DNA of 63,748 nucleotides, the filler included, from Bigelowiella natans CCMP2755 (lineage: Eukaryota > Protista > Cercozoa): assembly GCA_000320545.1 (NCBI GenBank). It is 5 parts of 5 records of this genome, joined end to end, with 100 filler letters (N's around TTAATTAATTAA, not from the genome) between each part and the next. Parts side by side here need not be neighbours in the genome. Positions count along the whole stretch, not along the records: positions 1 to 31,168 come from ADNK01002432.1; positions 31,269 to 35,783 come from ADNK01003193.1; positions 35,884 to 48,620 come from ADNK01001285.1; 2 more parts are not named here. One strand, 5' to 3'. The notes beneath the pieces were generated by a model. The model ran no database searches. It had not been told where the DNA came from and was given only the letters and a program-made list of their open reading frames with translations. Below are positions 27,606 through 40,563 of the stretch, in pieces. Position 1 is the first letter of the stretch. Every line of letters starts with the position of its first letter. The translations under genes were made by a program, and so were the position numbers.

Positions 27606-28695
27606 TCTCGTTATCATTATCATCGTCGTTAGATTGCTGGTTGTCATTTGTCTCTTCTTGGTCATCGTCCTCTTCGCCTTCGTCAGTTTCGCACGCGTGC
27701 ATGCCGCTGAACTGCTCCTCACAGTCAGTGAACCCGCTTTCGATCTTCTTCTTCTTAGCCGAAGCTTTTGGGTTCTGTTTATGGACAGAGGCTGGTTCCG
27801 GCGCAGCAGTATCAGGATCGGGTACCTATTTAACCAAGTTAGTTTTCAAGTTTTGGTAGTTTCAGGCGGATGGGAGAAAGCTCATTGGGAGGGGGGTGCT
27901 GCAAAAAACGCACGTCACAAACAGATAAAACCTCGCGGCAAGTCATCAACACGGATCTTCTACGACTTTATTTTGTTTATTGTTCCAGAATCGTCGAGGA
28001 TATCATTGAAGAGAGAAGATGCTGCGACGACGCCATGGGCAGCATGCATTTTGTGATCTATCTTTAAAGAAACACCGCCCCAGCATGAATGGAAGTAAAA
28101 GAACCGTCTACCGATGCTGTAGCAGAGTCGTCTCCGGAAGCATCCTGTCCGGGAACAGGTGAAGGGGGGGGTGTAACTGGCACTACTACTGGCATCGTTG
28201 GATTAGGTGTTGGCGCTAGAGTGGGGGGTAGGGTAGGAAGGGGCGTCGGAGGGGGGGTGGGGACAGCAGGCAGCACCGAGTTTGACTTGTCATTTGTTTT
28301 CCCACCCCCAGCTGTTACTGCCGCTGCAGTCGTTATCGATGAAGAGGAGAGGGGGGCTGGGGACGAATCGCGACCAGTAAACTAATTGTATCGAAATTAT
28401 GTTCAGAAATTACGGCTTCCCTTCGGCATTGAAGCACATGGAGGACAATTGGCGATCTAAGAAGTTGATGCGACTACAACATGAGTGAAGAAAAGCGTGG
28501 CTCTTTCTCTCGAACACGACAGAGATTTGAAGAACCACATACCGTAGCGTTCGTCGCCGCTGAAATGAGTCCTGATGCATGTAGAGGTAGGCCCACAGCC
28601 AGAAGAAGCAAGAAACCAGTTCCGAACAGAGCAGCTATGGCGTATCCTCTACCAATGCTCCGAAGTCTCGACGGCATGCATCTGTAATGTGTGTG

Positions 28696-28730
<35 letters not shown>

Positions 28731-29303
28731 ATAGAAGGATTTTTCTCATCTGACCGGAAAGGAGAAGGTGCGGTAATGACTTTGATGATGATGTGGTGTG
28801 TGTTGCTGAACGGATTTGATGTGCATGTCTCCCCTCCCCCTATCGGCAGTTAGGCATATGCTTGCTATTATCTGCTAAGCTAGAAATCGATTCCAAGAGT
28901 AACGGTTATGGCCATGCAGATAACAGTAGTAGCACACGACTGTGAATGTGTATGGATGGGGAAGTAATAGTATGAACGGTTCGATTTCATGCGTTTTTCT
29001 ATTTACCGCATTGAAGCTCCGAACAAGGGCTCCTCATCCATGCGGGTAGTTCTTGCTGGCGGGAAAGACCCATAGTATCCTCGGCCTGCGAACCGATGAG
29101 TTTAATAATCGTTATATTCATCCTTCGGGGTATATTTATTCGTTGGAAAGAGGGTGATGTGTGCCAAACGCTCTGTCCTCCGAAAATGCTTCTGGTTCAA
29201 CCCCATCCCCTATCGCTTACACATAGACTCAAAAATCGTCCCTTGTAGTGTGGTCCAAACCTTGTTGCTCCACGTCCCGCTCCGGTTCCATCTGGCCGCT
29301 CAT
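27553..29303 (-). CDS. Unknown membrane-anchored protein with Pro/Thr-rich stalk and acidic/poly-Q tail
   Basis: Exons encode a TM (YAIAALFGTGFLLLLAVGL), PTPPPTPLPTLPPTLAPTPNPT, and a terminal DEGEEDDD...QQQQ exon. Exon boundaries are approximate. Confidence 0.55.
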
Positions 29304-29866
29304 GGTATGAAGGAGTACGCGTCAGTCGGGATTGGGGTTGGGGTGGGGGTGGTTCGAGCACGTCTTCTGAAGAGAAAGGCTTTTTTTTTCTCACTCCACT
29401 TCTCCCTTCGCTTATCCATTTGCGTCATAGAATTTTGTTTGTCGTTTATTGAAATTCCCTTTAATTATTAAGGAAATCCGCAATAATGAACGAGAAAACG
29501 TTTACAAAGCGAGATCGGCTTGCAGCTTTGACATTACGACAACGGTAAAGAGCTCCGAGTTTAAGCAGGGAGGATGCGAAATGCGCCGAGGTGTATTGGA
29601 AAAGTAGAGGCTGTTTTTAGGCTGCGTCAGTTCATTAACTTTAAAGTTTCTAAAATCCCAATACGCACTTGATTTTTCCTATGAAATAGCCTACAAACGC
29701 CTTAAGAAAAAGGGTTTATAGAAATATAGACGAATACGAATAAACGGTAGGCTTATTCCTTTGACGCGATACGTATTTTCCTGAGATATTTTGATTGAAA
29801 ATAGTCTCAGTGAGTCTCGAGATATCCGCACAATTCGAAACCCGGCATTGTCAGGGCTTACGAATC

Positions 29867-30541
29867 ATGGCGACCCAGGTGAGCCACCATGTTAGAATCT
29901 TCTCCTGTTTCTGCCTCTACCACGCGCTGACGTGCGTAGCCTTGCTGGCATCTCACAGGGAACGATAGTTTAAGAGTATCATGTTGATGACCGAGATGAG
30001 TTGTAATGTAATTTAACTTGTGGATGAATAAACGACAGAACCCGCGAATGAAGCAGGCCAATTATCTGGTATTCATAGAAAACTAGGCAGCCGTGGGAGG
30101 GGGCATGCGACATTTTACTTTTGCGGACTGCCTTCACAATTCAATTTTCTTTTGGTATCATGATTCGCATGAAGATAAACTCTAAGCTGTGCATTATGAA
30201 TCCTTTTTCAGGCCATGGCGGTTCAGGCTGTAAAGCGCCTTGAGCGCGAGATGCTGCTAGCTCTTGTACGGAATATTCATTTATGAATAAATAATTAGAT
30301 ATACACATATACATATATTGATCATCTTCGAAGTTTCTAAGTCATCATCCCCCCTCTCCTTTCCTTACAGGATAATGGGAGTGTTCGCGAGGCGCTCCAC
30401 AAGGCTATGGAGATGCTATCTGAACTCAGCACATCCAAATTGACACCGCAGAACTACTACGGTAGGTTTTGTCTTTTGGGGTCGATTTGTATTATAGAGT
30501 ACCCTGGAATACAAAGATATAATATTTAAAACCGTACATAA

Positions 30542-30573
<32 letters not shown>

Positions 30574-31001
30574 CTGTGTGTGTGTGTGTGTGTATTTATA
30601 TATTACATTTGCATATACTATATTCATATATAAGATTCCTTCTTCCTATCTCTGACTCTGTATTATTTTTCTGGGTGCGCAGATCTCTACATGCACGCGA
30701 CTGACGTCCTGCGCAGGCTTGAAGCGTACATCATCGACGAGGTAGAGAAGACGTAGCTTGTAGGGTACGGGGGCTCGTAATCCCACGCTTTCCCAAGTCC
30801 GTTTTTCTACCGCCCCAGAAGTACGATTCTCACAGTATTCTTCATCTTGCTTCTCTTTCCTATATCCAGGATGGGCGCGGGGGAGTATCTGTCGTGGATC
30901 TGTATGAGAGCGTTCAATACGCAGGCACTATTGTCCCCCGTTTGTATCTACTTGCTACTGTGGGGTCAGCTTACATTCGCTCCAAGAAGGCTCCTTGTAA
31001 G
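29867..31001 (+). CDS. VPS35: Retromer subunit VPS35, 5' part (truncated by assembly gap)
   Basis: Spliced EALHKAMEMLSELSTSKLTPQNYYDLYM...LEAYI...DLYESVQYAGTIVPRLYLLATVGSAYI, containing the hallmark PRLYL motif. Confidence 0.93.
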
Positions 31002-31168
31002 GTGCGGTTAGTGCAATGTTAACAGATGCGACAGCAATCTGACAAATATGGGCCACCAAAATTGCGAAAACAGTGAAAGGCATTCTGTTATACTCCTCAA
31101 AAAGTTCAATTGCGTTTCGTAATTTTCTCCCTTTCCTTTCCCATCACATCTCCTCTCCCCCCCCCCCC

Positions 31169-31268
31169 NNNNNNNNNNNNNNNNNNNNNNNNNNNNNNNN
31201 NNNNNNNNNNNNTTAATTAATTAANNNNNNNNNNNNNNNNNNNNNNNNNNNNNNNNNNNNNNNNNNNN
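31169..31268. other. Assembly gap linker (N-TTAATTAATTAA-N)
   Basis: 100-bp N block around a six-frame stop spacer; genes are truncated on both sides. Confidence 0.98.
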
Positions 31269-31338
<70 letters not shown>

Positions 31339-31390
31339 GGGCGACGATTCTGCTGTGAAAGAGACAGCAATCTTACCACGCAATTGCCAG

Positions 31391-32582
31391 GTACCGGAAA
31401 TTGTGTCGAAGCTGATATCCCATGGACTGCGTGTGGATCTGGTCCTTACAAAATCTGCAGACTTCTTCTTGGGAGTGAGGTACAAGAAAGACAACGCCAT
31501 GGCAAGGTCCTTGTCTTGCTGCTGCTGCTGCTGCTGCTGCTGCACATATCACGCAGCGATTGTATTATAACACGCATATGCTGTTGCGCTGCTCTCGCAA
31601 AAAACCAGTCTCAAAGCTCTGCAGGCCGTCAAAACCAAGAGCGGCTGTCGCATGCTAAGAATATGGAGGTACTTGATCGATCACGGTACCTTATACCCGC
31701 TCATAGCTTCTCGTGATTACTAGAGACGTGGACGAATGGAAGGACTACAGCAACGTTGGCGATTCGGTGGTTCATATCGATTTGGTCAAGCAGAATAAGG
31801 TTGATAGCGACAGGCAGGCGCTAGTTGCAGCTATTCGTTCCTTTTAAAGACGAATCAATGCCTTCTTAGGTTCTCGTTGTCGCACCTCTTTCAGCTAATA
31901 CGCTGGCCTCCGCGTCCCTCGGTGAATAAGTCTTCTTTGGCGTGCAGCGAAATGTCCGTTTTTCCTTTATCATCTTTTGGTTTGTGCGGTTGAGTAGGTT
32001 TAGCATCGAATCTACTGACGTCTGTGATTCGGGCATGGTGAGCGCATAGTTGTTTTCCATAGCAATGCAGTTGGAGTCGAATCAGATACATATATCCCGC
32101 TCAGGTACTACGATTTGGACTCTAGCTTGGAGAGCAAAGGAATATGGAAATGTACCGCTTAGAAACATGATTTGTCAAATGACTTCCAATCAGTGACGGA
32201 AATTGGCAATATTTTGCTCAGCAAAGCCATTTATCGTCGCGCCTTCCATGAACACGTACATGTGGTATCAGAACGTAACCAAGCAACACCTCAAGGTCAT
32301 TCTTCGGCCGCCATTAATGCCCAGGCCAGTAGAATATGATCGACCCACATTGCGATGGTTTCTCAGGTTCTGGAAAGTAGAGGCGTCACCGTGATAGAGC
32401 CTGTCACCAAGATTCTAGCATGCAAAGATTATGGAAAGGTAGAGCTCCACCTAATTAAGATCTTGTGTGTATTGTGTGCACTTGCGTGTGTGTGTTACTT
32501 ACAAGCTTTCGCTCATTAATAGGGTGCCATGTCCTCTCCAGATGCCATTGTTGATGCTGTCTTAAAAGCAATATCAGGGTAA
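31391..32582 (+). CDS. PPCDC: Phosphopantothenoylcysteine decarboxylase (HFCD flavoprotein; CoaC/HAL3), 5' end lost in gap
   Basis: VDLVLTKSADFF, DVDEW...VVHIDL, VLVVAPLSANTLA, NLLTSVIRAW, KPFIVAPSMNTYMW, IEPVTKILACKDYGKGAM (catalytic Cys motif). Stop at 32580-32582. Confidence 0.93.
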
Positions 32583-33040
32583 AAACAGAAGACTCCTTCG
32601 AGATAATCTGCCAACGAAATAATTTTCAAAATCTCACACGTAGTAGCTGCTCTTTGTGCTGCCCTTTATTCAAACGCCCTAGTCTGACATACATCGATCG
32701 CCTGAGATGTCTAGATGTTTAAAAATATCATCATTTCACACATAGTACCAAACTAGCGAATAAGCTACGTCACTACGTATGTGCTCTAGTGCTGTCTAGG
32801 CGCGCAACATCTACTAGACACATTGAACTAGTGCCGCCGGGACGCCTCTACATTGTTTCCAAATAATACTGAATAAAGTCCTCAAAAACATGAACGTCGT
32901 GCATGTAGCGCGCATTGCACTATTGCAGCGCTGTTATGCATTTCCACGTTCCATGTATTTCAAGGTGCCATTGAGGTAGAGATGTTAGCCTTTTCAATTT
33001 GAATTGTCTGTAGCATTATGAGCCTAGCTACTAGCACGCT

Positions 33041-35106
33041 CTACACTGGGTTCCTTTCATTCGCTATACGAAGATTGACGTCTTCGGTCAGGGCAGAAAT
33101 TAATATTTGTCGAACATCCAAAAAAGTTGCATGTCGACCGTGTATTCTTGCTCTCCTTTGGTAATCTGACTCTTTGATGCTCTGTTCTGTATTTAGAATA
33201 CTGAAATTCGCCACGCTGCTCAAATTGTATTAACCCGTCCATCGTGGCACTCCCTGGTGTCGGAGGCGGAGTCGTTTTTTGATCAGATGTGACTCTCGTA
33301 TCAGTTTTCTCATTATTTGTACTGGAGAAACCACTATCTTCGAATATGCTCCTATGCAAATAGGAATACTGATGAACATCTAAATAGGGGCTAGAACAAT
33401 AGTTTTTATACCTTTTCATTACATTAGTAGAAGCTTTTTCTTTCAGCAATTCTACGTTTTCTGTCAGTTGCTAAAGGCGACAATGTATCATTTATTTAGA
33501 AATATATTCGATATGTGCTAGCGGTCAAAGAAGTTCCATCTAGATGCATTACCTTACGCAATTTATGATTTTGCTCCTGAAGGTCATTGATCTGAAGAAA
33601 CACAATCGTAATTTAGGAACCACATCCAGCAATCCTCCAATCTCTGATGTGAATATGTGAATAGGACCCGATTTATTAGTTTCTCAGCATCTTCGCTCCG
33701 TTTTTCTTCAGTTTCTTTCTTCAATTTAGTTATCCATTGTTCAAATTTTTTCTTTTCAACGCTTGCGATTTCTATTTGATTATAAACTTGTCATTGATAG
33801 CTCACCACGAGTAACCTTTGGAATAACACCTTTCACTAATGTTGAGATAGTTTCGTCTCGCACATCAATATCCGTCTGCATTTCATTTATCTTCTCCTGC
33901 AGCGATCGATAACGTTCAGACAGCTCTTCTCTCTCGTCGATTATGCTTGAATTGGAAGCATCAAGTTGTCGACACTGTGTGTATATTTTCCAACCTTAGG
34001 ATATTCCAGCGTATGAATTTCGAACATGAGACCTGTTGCTCCAGAACAGCTGTTTTCTCTCTTAGATTCTCGACTTCCCACTGCAGCTCTGCTACCTTTG
34101 TCTGCATAGCAAAAGTCTGTTCCTATGATAGAGGTTTATAAAATGACTTCCCAATTTTTTGTTTGTTTGTATATAATATCTTATGATAACCCTAGTTGGA
34201 TCAGAATGATTCACTCTTGGGCTCCCGTGGATAGTGCCTTCAGGCGATCTCGGGGTTAGGATCTACAAATTTTTATGCAGACGGTTAACGTAAATTCATT
34301 TGAGAGCTATAGAATTAATAAGATTAATAAGTACATTGTTGTGAAATCCAAAGCTTTCATTCCTCCTATGAGTTCCAACAGTGTCTTTTCCGTCACTTAT
34401 TTGACGAACTAATCGAGACGATGACGTATCTGGACCATCAATTTTTGCTTCATTTCCTTGATCAATGTAAAAATCGGAGACTCGTTCAACCGCATTAGTG
34501 ATTGATTCTTGATCGTCTAGTGGAAGTGCTCGCATGAAAGTCTGAAGAGGTAGCGATTACGATTGATGAAACCATTGGATCCAAACCGATACCTCCACAA
34601 ATTCCTCTTCAGAGACAGTTCCAGACTTTGTTATATCCATCTTTTAAAACCAATAATTGTAGGACACTTTATTCGCAGAGTTGAGCAAAAACAACCTCCT
34701 CAAAAATGCTTTCAATGTTCTGGTTCTGCAAAAGCGGATTCGATTTTAAAGCAAGATCCAAGGCCTGGTTTCAAAATGCAAGATTAATTTGCCAGATTGA
34801 ACATACATTTTGATGTAAGGCTCAACCTCGCGTGTCAAATGCCTGATTTTTGGAGCGATTGAGCCAGCAACATGAGAAAATGTCAACATCGTCATGAACG
34901 CTTCTTACTTTATGGCATGACATTGGTGTTTGGTTTGTAACGTTAACAAAACAATTACTGTTTGTGCACAACAAACATGACCCTGTATTTTTGACGTCAA
35001 GTGTCTTAAAGAGCTGCAGAGCCTGTCCTTGTTTTTCAGAAAAGGAGTCCGGTGGAGTCAACGAAGTTGAAACTTCTCTTGAGTTTTCACCAGCCTCAGA
35101 TGACAT
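33041..35106 (-). CDS. EF-hand and coiled-coil protein
   Basis: LFKTLDVKNTG and MDITKSGTVSEEEFVE are EF-hand-like loops. Heptad-rich exons follow (VAELQWEVENLREKTAVLEQQ; ELSERYRSLQEKINEMQTDI). Introns are short. Confidence 0.7.
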
Positions 35107-35783
35107 TGCGAGACGGCCTGGGCTCAATTGAATCTGGAAAGTCGAGGTGTGCTCACAATCGTGACGGCTCTACGAATGCATATCACACGTATTTCGTCAA
35201 AGAGAGCAAGGCGAGTCTCAAACAAATTCGGAATTAATTTGTTGTCGTTATGTCAAATTGGATTCAAATGGCATGATTTTCCTGTGTATCTGGATGTCGG
35301 ACTACCGGACGCTTCGAGTCATGTCGCAGATCATGATTCAACGGCATTTCCATGAAGATTTTGTCCGTTTTTGCACAAGCGCTTTTGCTGGTGGTGGAGC
35401 GGCGAATGAGTCCCATTCGTTCATTCGTAGGTCCTCGCAATTGCGCCATGAAGATCAGAAATGTGCACTTTGTTCATTCGTTCATGTGGAACTTGAGACC
35501 ATGTTGAGCCGTTCTTGCAGCAGCTGCTGGCAGAAACCAGAAAAAACAAGTTGTCATGCTAGCATGGTGGACACTGTGTTGCGCGTAAGGTGTTCACAGG
35601 CCGAGGCGCTACGTGCACAAGTAGGCAGGGGGGGGGAAAGGCACGTTTGCTTCCTTTTGAAGAGTTGTGTTATTTTTATTAAAGATTATATTTTTATTAA
35701 ATCGTGCACTGCGTAATCATTCGCGAGCTTCGCGAATGCCGCGCACGTGGGGCAGCACACTCCGTGTGCTGCCATGAGTCCCG

Positions 35784-35883
35784 NNNNNNNNNNNNNNNNN
35801 NNNNNNNNNNNNNNNNNNNNNNNNNNNTTAATTAATTAANNNNNNNNNNNNNNNNNNNNNNNNNNNNNNNNNNNNNNNNNNNN
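35784..35883. other. Assembly gap linker
   Basis: Same N-TTAATTAATTAA-N structure. Confidence 0.98.
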
Positions 35884-36989
35884 GAAGCACAGTAACGACA
35901 GTCTAGATAGTGGCGCCCCTTGCTGTGGATAGATACCATTGTGATGGATTTTTACCACCTTGACGCCCGTTTCAGCAGTGCTCATTGTTTTTTGGTTGGC
36001 TGTCAAACACAGACCACATTGCTGTGTGCCGCGCAGGCACCTGAATCTAGCAAGGCCCGCGTGCTCTGAGTCGCGACACGGCGAGCGCATTATGCGACTC
36101 CGATCCGCTCTGTCTAGCTTGTCACACGTGTCTTGCGACGTGCGCAAGTGCAACAGTGGTGCAGTGTGCGCCAGCGCGGGTCGTTGTGCAGACAAAGCAA
36201 CACCAATCATTGCCAGACAAGCGCAAGCTGATGCGATCGTCGATATTATCGATGCCAGCTGAAACGTGCATGAACGACCAACACCGCAGCAGGCGTCCCA
36301 CAGCTAGACAGCGAGCACCACCGTGCTTGCTTGCTAGCTTGCGTGCAGGTCAAAACATGTTCAAAACGAAGTCCACACACAAGATCTAGAAGATGCAAGT
36401 GCACCGTCACCTTCCCATTTTTTGAAGGAGAAGTCCCGGCGTCACCTCTCCGAACTCCAAGTCTTCTCCCCAACCTAGCAATGCGATGCAGGACACAAGC
36501 AGGGGCACGCAGAGGGAGAGGGAACACGTTCTTGGAAATCAAGCGCCAATCAATGGCGCCCCATCAACGCATGTGAAGGCTCAGTGAGGAGGAGGAGCAT
36601 CCTTCACTCTCCACCCCTCCCACTCCTCCGCTCAGGAGTTGCACCAGCGAGGACAACAGAGGAATCTCACGATGACGCTGGGACCATCCATGCACGTCGT
36701 CTGGCGATAGTAGGATTTCGGTTTTTTTGTAGTTCTTGTTGCGAGTTATCTCATTTTAGTCCATTTCTGTAGGAAATTTCATCGGCATAGGGTTCCTTTG
36801 GCATTCATCGAGGCCTGTTTCCTTCCTCTAGTCTACTTATTTACGAAGTTTTACCGATAAAACGTTTCCAGTAGTCGTATCCGTTGGCGTTGTTACTACA
36901 AGTACTGCTTACTCGAGGTCGGAGCCGGCCGTGCCCCCCCACCCCCCCCGCCCCCTTCCCCCCCTCCCGCGCGCGATCGCTTGCTGTGC

Positions 36990-38006
36990 ATGCTCCGTGT
37001 AATCGCCGCCAGGGGGAAACGAATGGCTTCCAAATCAACCAGCTCGGCGACTGAATCGTTCAGCGTGAGCAAGTTCCGGTCGTTGTTGGAGACGAAAGAG
37101 GTGGGGAGGGCCAACGTGGCGCACAAGGCCGTCGCCACCTCAACGATGGACGAGGCCGACGCCATGATCGGGGAGGGATGCCCCTCGGGCTCGCTCGTCG
37201 TGGCCGACGAGCAAACAAAGGGGCGCGGGAGAAATAACCGCGCGTGGCAGAGCGCCTCGCGCAAGAACCTGTACGTCTCCCTCGTGCTGCGGCCGCCCTC
37301 GATCCAGGACGTCATCAACATCAACTTCTCCGCCCCGCTTGCCGTCGCAATGGCCGCAGAAGAGGTGGGGGTGAAAGAAGCCAAGGTCAAGTGGCCGAAC
37401 GACGTGTGGGTGGGCGCGCGAAAGCTCGCAGGGGTCCTACTGAATACGACCGCAATGGCGGTATCCGGCAAGGCTCAGCTCGCCGTCAATCTGGGCATTG
37501 GCGTGAACATCAACCAAGACATGAGCAGGACCGAGAGGGGGGACGTTGCGTCGGGCGAGGCTACCAGCATCATCATGGAGAACGGCGGGCACGCGGTTTC
37601 GAGAGAGGCCTTCCTCGCCCACCTCTGCTCGAGCCTGGAGAAGCTGATGCTCCTCGAGCGAGACGCTTTGATGGCGGTCTATCATAAGTTTGACCTCCTC
37701 CTTGGAAACGAAATCGTCGTCATGCCGAATAAGAAAGAAGACCCCTCGTCGTACTACATGGCCGAGGCGGTGCAGTATAGTAAGGAGGGCTACCTCATCG
37801 TCCGCCCCTATTCTGCTCCCGGAGCAGCAAAACCTGGGAGCGGTCAGGGCCAGCAGCTGCGGACGTTGAGTGCCGAGGAAGTCAGCATCCGCCCGCACAA
37901 AGCGATGAGCTCTGATGCGAAGACTCGTCGCGAGAACATTGAAAGTGAAGCGGCGGCTGGTAGTATTGACGGCGCCGACGACGCCAAAACGCGGCCACCC
38001 TCGTAG
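36990..38006 (+). CDS. Biotin-protein ligase (BirA-type catalytic domain, no HTH), intronless
   Basis: STMDEA, ADEQTKGRGRNNRAWQS, NLYVSL, KVKWPND, RKLAGVL, NLGIGVNIN. Single GC-rich exon with possible starts at 36990 or 37023. Confidence 0.95.
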   Translation: MLRVIAARGKRMASKSTSSATESFSVSKFRSLLETKEVGRANVAHKAVATSTMDEADAMIGEGCPSGSLVVADEQTKGRGRNNRAWQSASRKNLYVSLVLRPPSIQDVININFSAPLAVAMAAEEVGVKEAKVKWPNDVWVGARKLAGVLLNTTAMAVSGKAQLAVNLGIGVNINQDMSRTERGDVASGEATSIIMENGGHAVSREAFLAHLCSSLEKLMLLERDALMAVYHKFDLLLGNEIVVMPNKKEDPSSYYMAEAVQYSKEGYLIVRPYSAPGAAKPGSGQGQQLRTLSAEEVSIRPHKAMSSDAKTRRENIESEAAAGSIDGADDAKTRPPS

Positions 38007-38081
38007 TGTGTATTCTGCCATTTTACACATCGAAGCAAGCTAGATGCGTGCGGCAGGATCATACCAGGAATAGCTATGAGC

Positions 38082-38174
38082 TGCTCGTCTCACTATAGTC
38101 CCGGGAAACTGCTTTAAACCGATTGAAATGTGATTGAGTTGCTCGTCTCACTATAGTCCCGGGAAACTGCTTTA
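38082..38174. repeat. 35-bp exact direct repeat (58-bp period) downstream of the biotin ligase
   Basis: tgctcgtctcactatagtcccgggaaactgcttta at 38082 and 38140. Confidence 0.92.
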
Positions 38175-38818
38175 TCCTTCATAGTCAACCCGCCGCCGGT
38201 TCATGAAAATAAGAGCTTAGATTAGGAATGTATCAGATTGGTTGAGAAGGAAAAGGTGCGTGAATAATATGCACGTAGCGTTACAAAGGTACCGCCTAAT
38301 GCTTCATTTATATTGTTGGCCACACCATGCACGCACATCGTAGCACCTGCCTGCTTATTTATTGTTGCGCCTTATTATATATTTGCGAGTACGACGAGTT
38401 ATATATAAAGTATACGTGCGTACAAAAGAGAAGCCCGCATCCATGCGCGCCACCTGCCCACTTCAGTGCTGCTGTATTGCAGTATACCATGCTCGCTATA
38501 TGTCTGTCGTAAGCTAGAGTTGCATAATTGCTTTCTTAGCATTGCCAGATTGCTTGTGTTGCAAAATAGCCGCATTGATTATCGTCAACGCTGTGTAGCC
38601 GTGTACATCGTGCACCCAGCCGGCTGTTATGTGTTTGGTATTGTTGCGTACGCACATGCTTGCACACACACACACATGCACATGCACACACATGCACATG
38701 CACACACTGTTTTGCACAGAATGAAAATTGAACGAAGTTGATTTATTCATTACATCTGCCTCATACACGCACGCACCACCCACATCACACAATAGGTGTC
38801 AAATAGCACACGCGCCAT

Positions 38819-39179
38819 TCACCACTTGAAGTCTAAGATAACATAATCCGGCACGGTCTTGTACTTCGCGCAAAGGGCCTTCAACGCCAGTGTGTTCAAA
38901 GAGGCACTTTGACGCACCTTTTCCACCGCTCCCTCCTCTTCACTCCGAGATGCGAGTAGGCCATAGGCTGCGGTCGCGAGGCCGCACGCCGCGATGATTG
39001 AGGACGTCAGCATCACCGCACTGACTCATTTGTATACAATACACGTAAAATCAGTCATAGAACATGTGAACCCCCCCCATCCCCCCCCCCTCCCCCCATT
39101 CAGTATCCTCTGCTGAAATGCTTCTTTATGGGCTATTGAAGACAACAACTGGCTAGGAGAGACGCTTAGGCTCAACATA

Positions 39180-39225
<46 letters not shown>

Positions 39226-39752
39226 TATTACGTCCACATATATGTAGATATGTGCGCGCGCGCGCGCGTGTGTTGTCATGAGAGGGGGGAGGGGGGGGGG
39301 GAGGGAGGGAGGAGAGCAACATTGGTGGAGAGGAATGGGGGGGGTATTAGATGAATCAACCTTCTCCTTCGCAAATTGGCCGTCGTCGATGCTTGGTGCT
39401 GTATGGGAGAGAGGCCTTGACACACCTTAAACGCCGCGAGAGAAAACAGAGCGACAGCAAAAGCAGCACCACCGCACCTCCCCACATACACAGAGGGCCG
39501 AGAAAGCTCCTCCCCCCCCCTGTATTTCCTGCCTTTTCTGACTCAATATTGCTGCTCTTGCCTCCCTTCTTCGTCTCGGATGGCCGCTGTTGCGCTGATA
39601 GCAGATTGCTGCGATGAATTCCAGAGGCGACTAAGAGACTCTTCACCCCACTGTTGCTCGCGCCTATTCGTACCACGTACATTTCGGGGGAGAGGGGGAG
39701 GGGGGCAGCAGAGCGGAGGAGAAAAACGGTATGGGCGACTGCCTTGAAAGAG

Positions 39753-39786
<34 letters not shown>

Positions 39787-40521
39787 TTCAAGTCGTCGTC
39801 GTCATCAATTTGCCATTCTCTCTCTATTGACAAATCGATATTCGTGATTATCAAGTGGAACTGTCCACCATCGCAACGAACGAGGAGAAATCCAGCGGGC
39901 TGCTTTTCAAGAGGCATATTATTCTCTCACTACTGAAATCGCGCACTTACCTAGGATGTCCGTGGAAAGTAAGAATAAAGTAAACTGCCCTCTCGCAGGT
40001 AACTTGCGAGAAAAATGGCAGGAGGGCAACCCATGCAGCAGCAGCCCCCTTGTGGAAAAATATTAAACATTCTCAAAAACGACAAAACAACACCCACCCG
40101 ATCATCAGGACTTCATCTGGCTGCAAGCTCATCATGGAGAGCCAGGACTGCCCCGCCTCCCTCGTCGGTTTGCCGTACAAACGAATGAGCTGCTCGTTGT
40201 TATCCGCTGCTGCTGCTGCTGCTGCTGTTACTGCATCCAGCTTTCTCTTTCCTCTTGCCTCTCCTCATTACCATATCCCGGTAGAGGGCAACGAGGGTAC
40301 CTGGCTGATACGCAATGCTCCCTGAAGGGGGGGGGGGAGATAGTAAGCGGGCAATGCAAGAGTCGACTGCCAATCCGCCGAGCTAGTTCAGTGAATACAA
40401 GTACAATGATGGCAGCAGCAACAACACTAGCGAGAACTACAGCAGCAGCAGCAGCAGCAGCGAATACACAAATATAACTATAGTGATAAATATGTAGATA
40501 CATAAAATTTCCAGCTATATA

Positions 40522-40563
<42 letters not shown>

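Noticed and set aside
29867-32582. VPS35-PPCDC fusion or VPS35 pseudogene
   Set aside because: The two are separated by an assembly gap; the missing sequence explains the truncation.
31391-38006. CoA/biotin cofactor cluster resembling bacterial birA-coa linkage
   Set aside because: An unrelated gene and an assembly gap intervene, and PPCDC has ordinary introns.
37244-38030. Long overlapping and antisense ORFs over the biotin ligase
   Set aside because: They are a by-product of GC-rich codon usage and carry no recognisable motifs.
38086-38098. cgtctcactatag resembling a T7 promoter or vector contamination
   Set aside because: The match is partial (no TAATACGA) and there is no other vector sequence.
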